Shown in pieces: positions 48,326 through 61,836 of a stretch of DNA of 64,000 nucleotides; within the stretch, counting starts at the first letter, position 1, and every line of letters starts with the position of its first letter. Both the position numbers and the translations under genes were made by a program. This stretch comes from Ramazzottius varieornatus. Its lineage: Eukaryota; Animalia; Tardigrada. The stretch lies in the NCBI GenBank assembly GCA_001949185.1, contig BDGG01000014.1, positions 1,457,378 to 1,521,377 of the forward strand, written 5' to 3'. The notes below the pieces were generated by a model. The model was given only the letters and a program-made list of their open reading frames with translations, was not told where the DNA came from and did not search any database.

Positions 48326-50076
48326 TTATTCATGAAGACTTTTGATCTCAAAGTCGTCGACGTCTTGAGACGCCGGTGAACGAAGGTTTGCAGGGGGATG
48401 ATTATTGTGGATTGTAGGTAGTCGTTCCGTATTGGGATGGGCGGAATTCGAATTGGCAGCAAAGATACCTGAACGGCTGCCTGATGAGCTCAAGCGACGT
48501 CGGCGGACGGGAGGAGCTGCATTCAGAGCGGACATAGGAAACACTTCGGACGGATCTCGCGGGTAATGGTACTGTAGCGTTGAGAAACGAGTTTGAACTA
48601 ACTTTCAAACCAACAAGTAAAACGAGTTGCGATCTTTCTTACCTTGAAGGAGCGATTGAACTGCGCATAGTTTCCGGCGGAATGCTGAAAGTGTCGCTGA
48701 AAGTCGCCAAAGGTATGGAAGGTTCCACCTTTCTTTGCCGGTTCCACGGTAGCATTGGTCTCTGTGCTATTACTCGGTCCAGCAGGCGCGGAGGTAGGTT
48801 TGTGAATCTGTAGGGGTATCTTTCTTGGACGGAGTGAGCCTTCCATGTTCGTATGACACATAATGTCCAGGCTGAATACTGAACCGTCCCTGGCCAGACT
48901 CCGTAGTTCCTCGTACGAGGAGTCTAAATATCCCTCGTGTTCACCATAGGTCTCAACATAACCGTCGGGCTTTTGATGGGAGAAACTACAGACCAAGGTA
49001 TATCTTGAACAGTGGCATCAGTAACGGAATTTGGAGCTCGATGATTTACCCGCAGGTGCACAGTCCCGGCTGACGAGGGGTCAAGCCGTCGACGCTGTCG
49101 TTCATGCTCAGTTCCGAACCGACAGAAGCCAGTCGACGATTGGTCCAGGGAGTCGGCGGTCGGTGGTGGTACGTCCTGGCCATGGAGGCAGTGATGGCGG
49201 CAGGCTGCAGACGGTGGGCCACCCTCATGCTGCTTTCCGCTTCCAACTCATCATCATACTCGTCATCCTCTTCCTCGTCGTCCTCGTCGAAGAACATCGA
49301 CCTTCGGGTACGGACTGTATTAGCAGTAGCCTGTCAAAGACCAATTCAACTGAAGTCACACGTACAAACATACGACACCGAACAACTAGGATTAATTTGA
49401 CGAATAAATTTTCATTGGTTCTAACTAACAAAGGCACAAAAGACAGTTTAATTAAATATATAGCAGGGAAGATTTGGGCTATGTTTTTTACCTGGGATGG
49501 TTCGATGGTGAGCTTGGGGGGTGGTGCCAGTGGGCTGTGCGCCGATTCGCGACCTTGGCTCTGACCTAGGCCTCCTTCTTCTTCGGAAGGTTGCAGTGAG
49601 TCGTCTCGGTAGCCCGAATCATCACTGTGAGACTTGTTAGAAAGGCCAGAAGAGGTGCCTGGTCGAGTCATGGCCAGTAAGGGACCACTGAAGGATTTTG
49701 TGGATTTGTCGCTGCCGTTGGAAGCGATCGAAGGCTTGTGGGAGACGGTGTAGTCCACAGGGAGATCTGCCGAAGGTGAGTCAGCATGACGGCTGAGCGG
49801 CCTTGAGCGCGATCGAGGTCGAGAAGGTACGGCCTCTTCCAGCTGTGCTTGCCCCTGTGCGTGCGGGTTCTCTTGATCGATCGATGGACGCTTTGATCCA
49901 GCGGCAACTGTTACAGGGGCGCTCACCGAGGTTTCGACACGGCTTGGGTTGCCGGTGTTAACGTTGTTGTTGAGGAGATTGTCGACACTGGTGCTCTTCT
50001 GACTGCAACTCTTTGAGGAAATGTCAGAAACGCGCGCTCGTTGAACGCCACTCAGCTGGCTTAGGCCACAGCCCAT
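48326..50076 (-). CDS. Uncharacterised, largely disordered protein with N-terminal MGC (myristoylation/palmitoylation-type) motif
   Basis: Four GT-AG exons join in frame: MGCGLSQLSG...IEPSQ|ATANTVRTRRSMFFDEDDEEEDDEY...CTCG|FSHQKPDGYVE...NRSFK|YHYPRDPSEVFP...KSLHE*. Confidence 0.7.
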
Positions 50077-51586
50077 ATTTCGCCGAAAGTTCTTCCACTT
50101 CCAACTTCCTATGGACGGTATGCCGTGCGTACGGTGTAACACCTCTTATTTAAGTAGGGTCGTGAAGAGCGCCACATGATGGCCAATAACAGTAAACAAA
50201 GGTCAAAATAAAAATTTTCTGCGAACAATCCGCAACGAGAAACGAAATCAGAACTGAAAACTTGTTACCTAACGTATAAAAATGTAAATTTGGCGAAGTC
50301 CTCCGACGATTACCATGAGTAACAAACTGTTTTCGTCCAAAATTGCAGTATAGCGGTCTCGTAGATGGTTATTTGAACGGAAAGTTCACTCAGACATCGG
50401 GGAATCTGTTGGTGGAATATCTTCGACATAACCGTGTTCGGCAAAAAACGGATAATTTGAAACTAACCTTGAGCCTTCTTGTTTCCCAGGACTATGTATC
50501 GCGCGGACGGTCAACGAATGATTCAGCGTTGGCGGTTCCTTGAATGGTGCATGGAGATGAAAGGAAGATGAAGATGAAAGATGAAGACGAAGAGAAAGGC
50601 AGAACAACGATGCACAGTGGCATGTACAAGACACGCTGCGAGACCTTGTCTAATGAGAAGCACGACTTACTACATACAGGCATCAGCCTCGATCCAGGTG
50701 TGCCTTTTCCATAACAAGAGAGCTAAGGTGACGGTGATTCGCGGAAGAGAGCACTATTCAACGGTAATTACGACTAGCAGTGAGAGGGGAATCACAAGAC
50801 CCAACGGCATGGCAGTCAATATGTTGATAATGATGAAACACTGTTACGAGCACCGATGTTACCGGCTCGATAGATTACTGCAGATACTGTCATACGGGTC
50901 TATTGTGTGCAAAGCAGCTTGAGCCTGTCTTCGACCGCTATCGATCCAGGAAATGGATATAAAAGGGAGGTCCTTATTGCTTCTTGTTTTCGCAGGGGAA
51001 GAGACGGCGAGCGGCCTTGAGGAGCGTTCACCTCGTCCACCTTCCGTGTTCAGCAGAAGCCTCAATGGATTATGGAGCCTCAAGTCTAATCGATACAGCG
51101 GTATTCTCCGTACAAGCTCGACGATGAAAGAACATTCAGGTGAGGTCAGTGTTTTAGTAGGTTGACGAAATTGTGCTCTCCTCTGTAGATGGCGCGTCCA
51201 GGGCTGTGTAGAAGTGGGCGTGGAAGGTCGTCTGCCCAGAAAGTTAATAACGGACCTAACGGATTCGGTGAGACGCCCCATGGACCAGAGCGAAATGGAC
51301 AAGAGTCTCATTTCCGGGAACCTTCGAAATGATGAGAATGCCCAACTAAACAGCGCAGGGGTTAAAGAGCCTGTCTAAAGAAACGAACTTTAATTTCGGA
51401 TTCCGGTGGAGAGTATTATTTCTGGTTACCGGTCCGCTTTTCCATGTGGTTTCTTCTGTGAGCGTCCGCAGACTCCGCCTGCAAGGTCTTCCCAGCGATG
51501 CTTCACAACACCGTGGTCTGCTCTTCTTCTTTTCACGGTGCTGTACGGAACGATTACTCAGGAGGGAGGGAAACGTTCACCGCGCT

Positions 51587-51710
51587 AAAAGGTTAGGTGA
51601 CCAAAAGGCAATTTTAGTGTTTCAAAAGGCGAACTGGCCAAAAGGTTTAAAGGTCAGAAGGTTTTGCTAAAGGGTGACTGTGCTAAAAGCCAAAATGCCC
51701 AAAAGGCATA
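51587..51710. repeat. Degenerate ~15-16-bp minisatellite with AAAAGG core
   Basis: About 8 recurrences of (c)aaaagg/aaagg, e.g. aaaaggttaggtgacc, aaaaggcgaactggcc, aaaagccaaaatgccc, aaaaggcat. Confidence 0.5.
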
Positions 51711-54324
51711 CTGGTATAGTGCCGTTTATCATTTTGTTTGGGACTCCTTCGTGTCTCAACCCGCGCACGATGTCACTATTGAACGCGCGAAACGCAATAG
51801 CGCGTTTAACAGTGACGCGCGACTGCGTTTCTGATCGCTTCATTTTGCTGAGGATAAACAGGCGCAGAGACAGGCGAGCCACTCCGCCGCAAAAGGGAGG
51901 ATGCTGGGTCGCTGGGAAGGTTTCGAGAGGTGGCGTACTGAGGGATATGATTGGGTCTCCGCTTGATTTACGATGGAGAATGGCGTCAAGTGGGTGCGCG
52001 CGTTATCGCCAAAGTCAAACTTCCCATTCTCTAACTGGGGTCGCCGGCGCTCGCCGCGGACCGAAGCTCGATGTGCTTTGGCATTGTTGGGTTGGCTGTC
52101 AAAGAGTGCAGTCAAGCGACAAACAAGTAGCTCAACGTAGCAGCTCTCGAGGTTGGCGTATTGATCTTTCATATCAATTGTTTATAGAACTGTGGGAAGG
52201 GCAGCGCTACTGCAGATGGTAGGCTCGATGGCCATCGCTGAAGGGATCACGCAACGTGTCCCTCGACCATGTATATGCAAATTGAAAGAGCCAACACCGT
52301 ATGCTCAACCACACTGTTTCACCCCTTATCCCTATCCACCAGGGATTTAATGAAGCAGCCTTTAATATGATGAAAAGGCATGCACCATGCGCCTTGGCCT
52401 TGGCTACCGTTTGGCCTCGGGGGCTTCTGTTAGTCGAAGAGACTTCCCGGAACCTGCTTTTGTGAGAAGCTCGGAGGATCTCACGCCCTCAGTAAACTTC
52501 TTCTTATGTAATCGTCTGTTTACGAAATTGATGTACTCCAAACTTGGGAGAGTCCTTCCTCAAACTAACTGCAGACGTACGACTGGTTCCCACGCGCCAC
52601 CCACTCGCGTTTTGTGATCTACAAGGTCGACCCTTGTACTATTCGCTTCGAAAATTGATTTCATGATGGCATTTTTTAGAAAGGACAAAAGATCGTCCAT
52701 GTAGGAGAGAGGCCCTTGTTAACCTCAGACGAAAAGCAGTAGGCTGTAGGAGGAAATGCTGCTTTGGTGGGATAGTCTGCAGTCCGTCATTCGTGGTATA
52801 CAGGATACGCCGTATCAACGCAATGATGATTGATGGCTCTTGACTGCGCGTCACATGTAGTCAGTCAGTCAGTCCTAACCACACGGAAAATTGTGTTGCT
52901 GTTGTCGAGCGTCCAGAGTATAATACCTATGTACAAAGCTTTGGCCTCACAGGCAATCGAGCAAGTTTGCAGACAGCCCTGAAGTTGTGCTCGATGGGCA
53001 ACCCCGTCCCGCAGGAACCTCCGTCCTTATTATCCCGCTAAGCAGCCTAAGCTGTCCCGGCCCACAATAATAGGAAATCAGCCACCAAGAGTTGAGGCCT
53101 GAAAGGAGCGGAAGGACCCAGTCAGCCAGGATCTGCAGCCAACAAGTAGTAGCGGCGCATCCCAACTGTCCCTCGTTTTTGTATTGATGCGTGCACGTAC
53201 GCACCACTCTAATTCTTTACTCAAGTTCGTTCATCGGGAAGGAACTAGCGGAAACCTCGCGTTCAGGCCGTACAGCACAGTACCCGGCAAGGCACTTTGC
53301 AGCTTGTCATTCCTCATTTGCCTAGACTAATCGTTTGGCCCCAAATTGCATAGTACCTTGTCCTACACCTCGCTGAGGCTCCTATCTCCCAAGCGTTCCC
53401 ATCTCCACTGCATTGATCAACCGTATTCCAAAGTCATTTGCACTTTCTCATCTTTTCAAACGAACGGAATTCGAAACTGACATCCGTCGATGTTTTGTAG
53501 CCCGCATTTAACTTATCAAAGTACCTTGTTAACCCTGCAGATTACTGCGTCGATCGATATATTATTTATACTGAAGCCTTGGAAGGTCTTGCCTGCTGTT
53601 TCCCAGTCAAAGCCCATCATATCACTGCAGATTACTACTGCGATATCATACGTTCTCCTACACTGTGCTCTTCCGTGTCATTTTGCACACTTTCCTGTGG
53701 CATTTCCTGGCCTCGGCCATATTTGGAGCATAAGACATGGAGAAAGTAATGTCAGTATAGCACGGAAAGGTGAGCTTGCAGGGTTTCGATTCAAAGGGTA
53801 TGAGGGTATGAGTCCTTCGTCACGCACCACCAGCCTGCGTCAAGGTGGGTCGTCTTTGACACAAAAGCCGGCCAAAGTTATATAGTGCGAGAGGAGCCGG
53901 AAATGGGACGACGCGGATGAGGCTACTGCCAAACGCCTGTGCGGCATTGGGGTGGAGTGTCGACGAGAAGAGGCCGTAAATCACGCCAGATAATGCCTTG
54001 TACTGTTTTAATGGGTGTGTTCCCCCTTTTCTGCTCCTTACACCGATACAATGGCGCTGTGCGTTAAAGTTGGTCGATCGAGCACGCAAAGTGAACAATA
54101 ATGAAAGACCTCGGTAGATGTCGAATGGGAAGACCTCCGTATAACTATACTGTATACGTAACATGACTATTCTTAATTAAGGCCGCGGCCGCGCCGTCAA
54201 GAGTGTGTATGAGTGCAACACGCAGAGAGTTTCCATTGAGGAGGCCAGCTACTGTACATTAAGTGAAAGGTGTCGATTTTTGTACTTCAACGTGGGTGTC
54301 GTTACAGGGAGCGCTGCATGCAAC

Positions 54325-57300
54325 ATGTTGAGGCCGTCCTCATCATCCTCCAACAACGGGACTCCGTCTAGCTCACGGAAATGCAGCGTGACAAGTGGTG
54401 GTGGTGGGCCCACTGTGGGCGACAACGGCGCTGCTGTACCCACTACGGCACAGCTCCTGTCGAAGACGCTACAACAAACACCTTCGCCACAGATTACGGC
54501 ACACTTTCCTTCCAACAGCATGCTGGAGTTCGGCGACCATCTGGGCTATTACGGACCGGAAGGAGCTTGGAAAATCCACGAAGGCCACCGGCGATCCACC
54601 AATGAGGTACGTGCAATGCCAACTCAAGCTCTTGCTCATGTTACTCTCTCCCACGTTGAGAAGGGGACTTAACGCAAGGCGTCAGGGGGAAATGTCTATA
54701 TGATTACACCGTCGACTGGGTAATTAATTGTTGAAAGAGGATTCCCTGTAATTTAGCTCATCTCCCTTTTCCGCTCTTTGCGACCTCCTTTTCCTTCTGT
54801 TTTATTTCCGGTTTTCTAGTACTCGAATAGTTTGGAAGAGTTGAGACATATGGGTTCAAATATTGTACAAACAATTAACGTTTTCTGGAAACGTCTTGAG
54901 AGAATAGATATCCATCAGGAAAAGAATCATTTCCGACTGATTGTTTCAACTGGAAGTTCTCAATACTGAATATTCCAGCAGGTCATGTGAGAGGCGCGAC
55001 AGCTTTGGCTCTATTTACGAAAAGCGCCAGCAGAGGTTGACGAGTCCAATTTAACACTGTTGGCACATGCATCGATTCATTAGAGCATAAGCTAACTTTC
55101 GACACCCTGCGTTGTCTTTTGACGGGGGAAACGGCGGGATGTTAAAGGATCGTTTACATAGGGGATCACGCTGTGTTATTCTTTGATAGGCTGTGTCCAT
55201 ATTCATCTTTGAGAAGCGAACCGCCGAAAAGCTCCACAAACCTAAACGAAAGGGCACCATCACCGAGCTGTACAAGAAGGGCTTCCGCCAACTGGAACGT
55301 ATTCAGCATGCCCGCTTCTTCAAAACTCTCTGTCCCCTCGAAGAGACACCGTAAGTCTATATGGTACCACCGAAGAATCTGCTGCCGAGTCTCAGCTCTT
55401 AACCTCATTCGGCCTTTTCTATCAAAGTTCTACTGTTCTACGGTGTTGACAATGCATCCCTTCCGCTGCAACTTTTTGATCAGCGGTCGTGTCCACCGGA
55501 CTACCTTAGCTATGCATAGTTTATAGACCAACCACCCAATCAAAACTTTACAGCGGAAAGGATGCACTTTCAACACTGTATCGCAGAGCCTCGTCTAGGT
55601 TGGTGGCCTGCACCAAGCCGGCCATGTTTTTGTGGAGCTACGATACGTTCGACCATAGATTCGGGTCGCGAGTCGAAACGAGCAGTAACTCGGCAGCCCT
55701 GAGCCGCGGACAATGAGCGGTTACAGTGAGGCAGCAGTGAACGGGATGTTGCTTGATTGTTGCAGGGATGCATTGTTGGTCGTGGGAGAGGCGGTGATTG
55801 GGTCTTTGTCGGATATCATCGGCAACGAGCGCATTTCGTCCTACCGCTCACCGGAACGAATGACGGTAAGAGCCTCAACCCCGCACTCGATGACCAAACA
55901 CAAAATGTCCGCCAGTTGGATAGACATCAACGACATCCATGTATGCATGGCATCTTTGAATGCTTTGTCTGTTGGTAGGAATGCCCCTTACTGGATCTGG
56001 AAATTAAATGCGGACTGTGGCAGGTGAGAAGAAGACACTGACAAACTAAGTAAATTTTTTTCTTCCCTTCAACCACATGTGACCTTGCAATCTCACGGTA
56101 AACAGTGCCGCTGACGCCTCTCGCTGGGAGAAGTGCGTGACCGTGACGGAGAGGAAATCTGTTGTTTGTCCAATTTACTTGAGTAGAAAGCTGGCTATAC
56201 TGTATCCTCAAGCTCCCATATGCCTGCCAGTGGTGTCCATCCAACGGCAAAAGGTTTGAGGAGTCTATATCCCGTTGTAGTGTGCCTCAGCGAAATTCAT
56301 TTCGAACTAGTTTTGCTTTCGATTGCTTCCGCGAGACTTAAGGGACTGTATACAAGGAACTAAGAATCTTTTCGAGGAGTGAGCGTTCGACCAAAATTTC
56401 TGGCTAAGCTTGTGGCATTGTATTGACTGCCTTTCTAATGCGTACTATGGGATGATTGATTCTGATGGCCAGGTGCACGGTGGTTTTCGCGTTACCTTTG
56501 ATGACTTTTTCTTCGGCTGTTGGAGTGTCCACACCTTGGAGTTGCGTGGCAGGTGAGCAACGCTAGCAGTAAGAGTTTCTTGACGTTGCACAGAGGAGAG
56601 CAGTCGATTGGGAGAGACCGTGAACGATTAGTGCCAGATGCCACTTTACGTCCTTCTCCCTAACTTCCTTGGCGTCCTCTTGTTGTTGGCAGTGCCTTGC
56701 AGTCAGGCCGGAAGTCAGTTTGTGTCGTTAGCGGTTCTTGCTCCATTACCCTTTCCTCATCTCCCCCACACACTCAATCTACGGTTCCTTCAACCAAGCA
56801 TTACACTTCCACTCCCGTCGGAAACATTTCGCTTCCCTATCAGGAAGTTGTTAGGAAAGCACGCTCGAAGAAGCTGTCTAATAAGAGGGATGAAGGGTTT
56901 TTTATGTAGAACCAGAGTGGCGGAAGAGCCGATAAGACTTTGTTGTCTTTGCTTCAGTGACCACAACGTGGTCGCTGATTGTCAATTACGATGGTTGAAC
57001 GACAAAAGAGTTAGATATGTATGTATAACCGTATGTTCCTTGTCTTCTTGCAGATTACCGAAGGCCTGATACATTTGCATACCAGCGAGCACTGCATGCA
57101 CGGTAATCTGTGCCCGGAGAGCATACTGGTTAGCATCAACGGTACATGGAAATTGGCCGGCCTGGAGTTTGCCGAAAAGTCCCACGGGTCCCACGTCGAC
57201 GCTTTTGATAGTATTCGATGGAGCAGCAAGTTCCCCAAGCTGGGCCAGCCCAACCTCAACTTTATAGCTCCTGAAGTGCAACTGCAAGCCACATGTAGTA

Positions 57301-59889
57301 CAACAAGCGACCTCTTCTCCCTGGGAATGACCATCTGCGCCATCTATAATCAAGGCAAATCGCTCCTGCAGTGCGACCATAACCCGGCCTTGTACGAAAC
57401 CCAACTCAATGAGGTAACTACAGTATTGAGATAGAAGCCATCATGCTATACTGAAATGCGGGAAGAGAAAACCAATGGTAACGAGTATTTTTCGCACGAG
57501 CGGGCGTACTTTTTCTAATGGACGATGAAAGCGGGTGCGCCATGAACTGAGAGTTCATTGTACACGGATTATGGTGGAAAAAGCTTTTTTGGTGTTGAAG
57601 AACTAGGAAATCGTCAATAAAGGGTTTACCTTTTTTCTCTATGTGTTTTACAGTTGGTACTTCACAACCAGGAATTTGTAATGCAAATGCCCGTTAGTTT
57701 GCAAGAGGCAGTGGAGCAGCTACTCCAGCGTGATCCTCACGACCGTCCCACTGCCCAGATGTTTTCCATGGTAAGTCAATGCGATTGTGTCAAGACATCT
57801 TCCCGTCTGAGGGGCTCTGGAGAGCCGAGGCTGACATTGACTTGTGTCGTCTCGAGACCTCTCCATCAACTCACTAAAGACCCTGTTTTGCATTTCTTAC
57901 AAAGCCCCCAGACGTTAACCTTTGGCCTTCTTCTGTGTAGATGAAGTATTTCACTGATCCGGCCTTAACATGTCTGCGTCGACTGGAATTACTCGATCAA
58001 ATGTTCCCTTCACAAAAAGCCGAGTTTTGCCCCATTTTGCGCGACACCATGCATGCCATCCCACGCGTGAGTATCCCACCAGCTCCAGGTCCCTGGACAC
58101 ATTTGCATGGTCATCCAATTACCTGCCACTTCACCCCATGTCAACAATACCACACAGAGTAACGGGAAATGAGAGACCGATGATAGACATAGCCGCTCTC
58201 CTTAATTCAAACAAGATAGATGCGAGAGTAATTATCCCTTTGATGGTGAGGAGGATCTAAAAAGGTCTGAATGGCAGTAGACTGGTGAAGATCTATTTGG
58301 CTGGTTGTAGAAACTGTGGCAAAGTCGAGTACTTCCGGCACTGAAGAAGGACCTGGCCAACCGCGATTTCGCCCCCTTCGGCATTTACCCATTGTCGTAC
58401 ATGATCGAACATTCAGACAAGCTGGACTATGCCGAAATCTATCGCCCAGCAGTCGAACACATCTTCCAGGAAGCCGACAAGTCTCTGCAGACGCAGGTTA
58501 TCCTTCTTCGCAACCTCTCCACCTTTGCCAAGTTCGCTCCGCCTGACGAGATCCAGCAGCTTTTAGTTCCAATCTTAGAAAACGCCTTACAGTCCCACAA
58601 TCCCGAAATACTGGTTAGTCCTCAAAGGAAAGAGTGAATTTCACCAGTCCTACATTTCTACAGTAACATGCTTTTCCTCGGACAGGAAGCCGGTGTGCTG
58701 TGTTTCGGAAAGTTTTACGCAATAATTCGCGATGAAGCAACCAAATTCCACCTCTTCCACAGCCTGAAAAGTCTGCTGGCCAAACGGACCGATTATTCCA
58801 TCAAAGTAAGCTACCACTGCACACAGGTGGCTACCGTTTCATGCGCCAACTATTGCCATGTTTTCAGGTTCAAGCAGCCCTCATCGGATCGCTGGAGAAA
58901 GTGATGAGCCATCTGAGCAAGGCTTTCGTGCTAGACGACATTATTCCAACGCTGGCGGAAGAACGACTAAATTATTCCACCGACTGCGTCAATCCTCTCA
59001 TCGGTGAGTCCAAACTTGTGACCTTCACTTTGCGACGCAGTAATCCTGCGCCATCTCATGTTTCGCAGATTTTTACCGGCACATTCTGAAGGACGTCCGC
59101 TTCGCCGTCACACCGGAAGCCATTACCCGCTTCATCTTGCCTACTGTCCTGCCTTTGCTGACGCATCCGGATCTGACCAGGGAACAGGCACAGCGATGAT
59201 CGCTTGGAATTCTGACTTCCGAAAGTTAATACAGTATTATAATCGTGTCTGTCCGTTTTAGTTTATCAATCTGGACACGCTGATCAGGGATCTTCTGGCA
59301 CAAGTGGAGAAGAAGCAGCGGACCAAGTTCAAGCTAGAAGCGCCACCTATCCTGTCTCCACCTGGAGCCAACACCAGTTCCTCACTGCACAACGGCGGTA
59401 CGTCCAGCGCCAGCAGTTCGCGACGAAGCAGCCTCAACGTCAACGGCGGACCACATATCATCTTCACCGCTGGCGATTCGGCCACCTCCTCGCGCTCTTC
59501 ATCACCCACTCGCTCCCGCCGCTCTTCCTACAACCCCCATCCACACATAGCCCCCAAAGCTGCCTCTACCATATTCCTTAACGTTGAAGACCACAGCTCT
59601 TCCAGATCCAAAAGCAGTAAGCTACAAATCACAATTCAACACAACTACTTTCAGAAATATCTCTTTCGGCTTTAGGTCCAGTGAGTCCCGAAAGACGCGG
59701 AAGTTTCCTCAATTTCCCAGGTTTTCCCCCCGGACTGAATGCTTCACAGCGCCGTCATTCAGCAGTGACCATTCAGGCTATAGGCAACCAAATGGTAACA
59801 GAAAAGTTAACCATCATTTCGATCCCCATTGTTTCCCTTTTGACATGCTTTTTTTGTTGCAGGTCTCGCTGTTCGCGGGCAGGTCGTAA
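54325..59889 (+). CDS. SCY1-like pseudokinase, SCYL2-related (invertebrate black-match-like type), with HEAT repeats
   Basis: GPEGAWKIHEG..|AVSIFIFEKRTAEKLHKPKRKGTITE..|LDLEIKCGLWQ|ITEGLIHLH..HGNLCPESILV..WKLAGLEF..QPNLNFIAPE..SDLFSLG. HEAT region follows, then LTREQ|FINL..LLAQVEKKQR. Ends VSLFAGRS*. Confidence 0.9.
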
Positions 59890-60100
59890 ATGCCTGCTGT
59901 TGAAAAACAACATTCGCAATGGCTCGTCGTTCACAGACGCTGTACAGAACTTTATTCTAATTTTGTTAATTTTGTTGTTTACGACTAGTAAAACACTCTG
60001 GTATTTTTGGGACGAAGTATTGTCACGACCTAGACACGCAAAACGTACCGGAGAATGGTTAAAGAACGAGGAAAAACAAGCTTTCAATAAGTTTTCTGAC

Positions 60101-61836
60101 TTAGCTGCCAAGGTAGACACTGAGGCCAATGATCAAGAGAATGGTGACCGCCACCACAAGAAGAATCACCGTACGCTTTCTTGACTTACCCTGTAAAATC
60201 ATCCAAAAAGGATACTTTTAGCGGTAGGTTGCGGGATAAAAGAAGCGCGGACGAAAAGTATCAGCATGACAAGTAAGATGATGCGCAAACTGAACCGAAG
60301 AGGAATGATAGTCAGAAAACTGAAGGAGTAAAGTAGGTTGGCAAAGGGAACCTCAGGTCTTGGGAACAGAAAAGTAAATGATAAGACCGAGGATGACAGC
60401 CAACACTGCCAAGATGGCAATTATGCACACCATCTTGCGACGTGATTTAGCCTATAACACATTCACCCTCAAATGCCTGTTACCGGAAATCAAAAGGGAA
60501 AAGCCACCAAACACCTAACTTTAGCGCAATTTTCAAGTGAGACGACCTGTTTACGTACCTGGTACTTTCTGGCTTCTGAAAGCTGCGAGGTTCCCTGCTC
60601 GACATGAACTTGAGCTGCTTCCACATTGGCTTCGATACTGTCTGCAAGACACGAAAACCTTTCAAACCTATGGGCTCTCTAGGGGGCAACAGAAAGAATC
60701 AGCTGCTGACATTTGCCTGGTACTGAACGTACGAAACTCTTACCGATCATTTCGCCTTGTTCATGGACCAGGACGGCCAGATCCTTGAAGATCTGGTTCA
60801 CGTCTTGAATATCTGACTGTTGGGTGAGAATTACAAAATGGGTTTCCGTCACTTGAAAGTTTTCGACCGATAAAAGTAGGAAAGAGGCACCCACCTCAAG
60901 CTTTCGTATGGAGTCTTCGCGTTCTTGCAGTATCTGCAGGCTCATATCGTCTTCTACCTGCATCTGCGTCCTACCAAGAGAAAAAATAATGGCTATCACT
61001 TGAAAAGAAGGAGAGTGAATCGTAGTATGGTACTGTGTGGACGGGGCAAATGCGCCAGCAGTTCTTGAGCCATCGTCTTCGAACGGATTCTAAATTGAGA
61101 CACCGTAAGTAAGGTTTCCAGCAACTGGAAAAAGCTTCTCGGAGCCTACCCAGCCGCTTTGGTTGTTGGCCGCCTGTGACTGGGCGCGGGCTTTGACGAC
61201 GCTTTCACGCTCCTTTTGCGCAGCCTGGCGCTGTGCGCGCTGAAAACGTTCCAAGGCCTCCATGAACTGATTGAACAACTTCTCCTTCAGCAACTTCTGC
61301 TGTCGTTGTTCTATCTGAATAAACGGTGCCGGAAGGTTGCTCATAGTTTTCAGCAGTTCGCGAGTCTCCTTCGCGATATCGTGAACACTGTGTGTCAGCG
61401 TGTGCCTGAAATGATAATAGAACCTCGTTGCAGTACGATAACCTCGATCAACTGGCGCACAAAGCTCTTGTTGATCTCCTTACAGCCGATCTCTGGAGTC
61501 AGCGGAGTCTGCTGGAGTGCCGATCTGCCGTACCATTCGTTCGATGTCACTGACTGGAAGACAAAATATCTCAGAGACATATAGACCCAGAGCTTACGAT
61601 GGTTTATCAGGGTTACAGCCAGCAAGATTACTACGTTTACGACACTTACTGTGCGAAGACATCTTCTGGATGTTGGATCCCACATTTTGAGACAAACGAG
61701 TAAAATCCATATTCCCTGCTCTACCTGGAAAATGGCACAAGTTCTGTTTATGCCGAAGAAAATGACACCAAAAACAGAATTCGTCCCACTGAAGGAAGTC
61801 ACCTGCTGAGCTTCCGTAGTCACGAAAGCTTTGCAT
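60101..61836 (-). CDS. Syntaxin-7/12 (endosomal Qa-SNARE) with two alternative C-terminal TM exons
   Basis: DFTRLSQNVGSNIQKM; IGTPADS; KEKLFNQFMEALERFQRAQRQAAQKE; SNARE motif LQEREDSIRKLE|SDIQDVNQIFKDLAVLVHEQGEMI..VEQGTSQLSEARKYQ. TM exons at 60353-60451 and 60101-60190. Confidence 0.93.

Noticed and set aside
54173-54192. TTAATTAA next to GCGGCCGC (PacI/NotI, polylinker-like)
   Set aside because: No vector sequence or junction nearby; it sits in a plausible promoter region and is probably chance.
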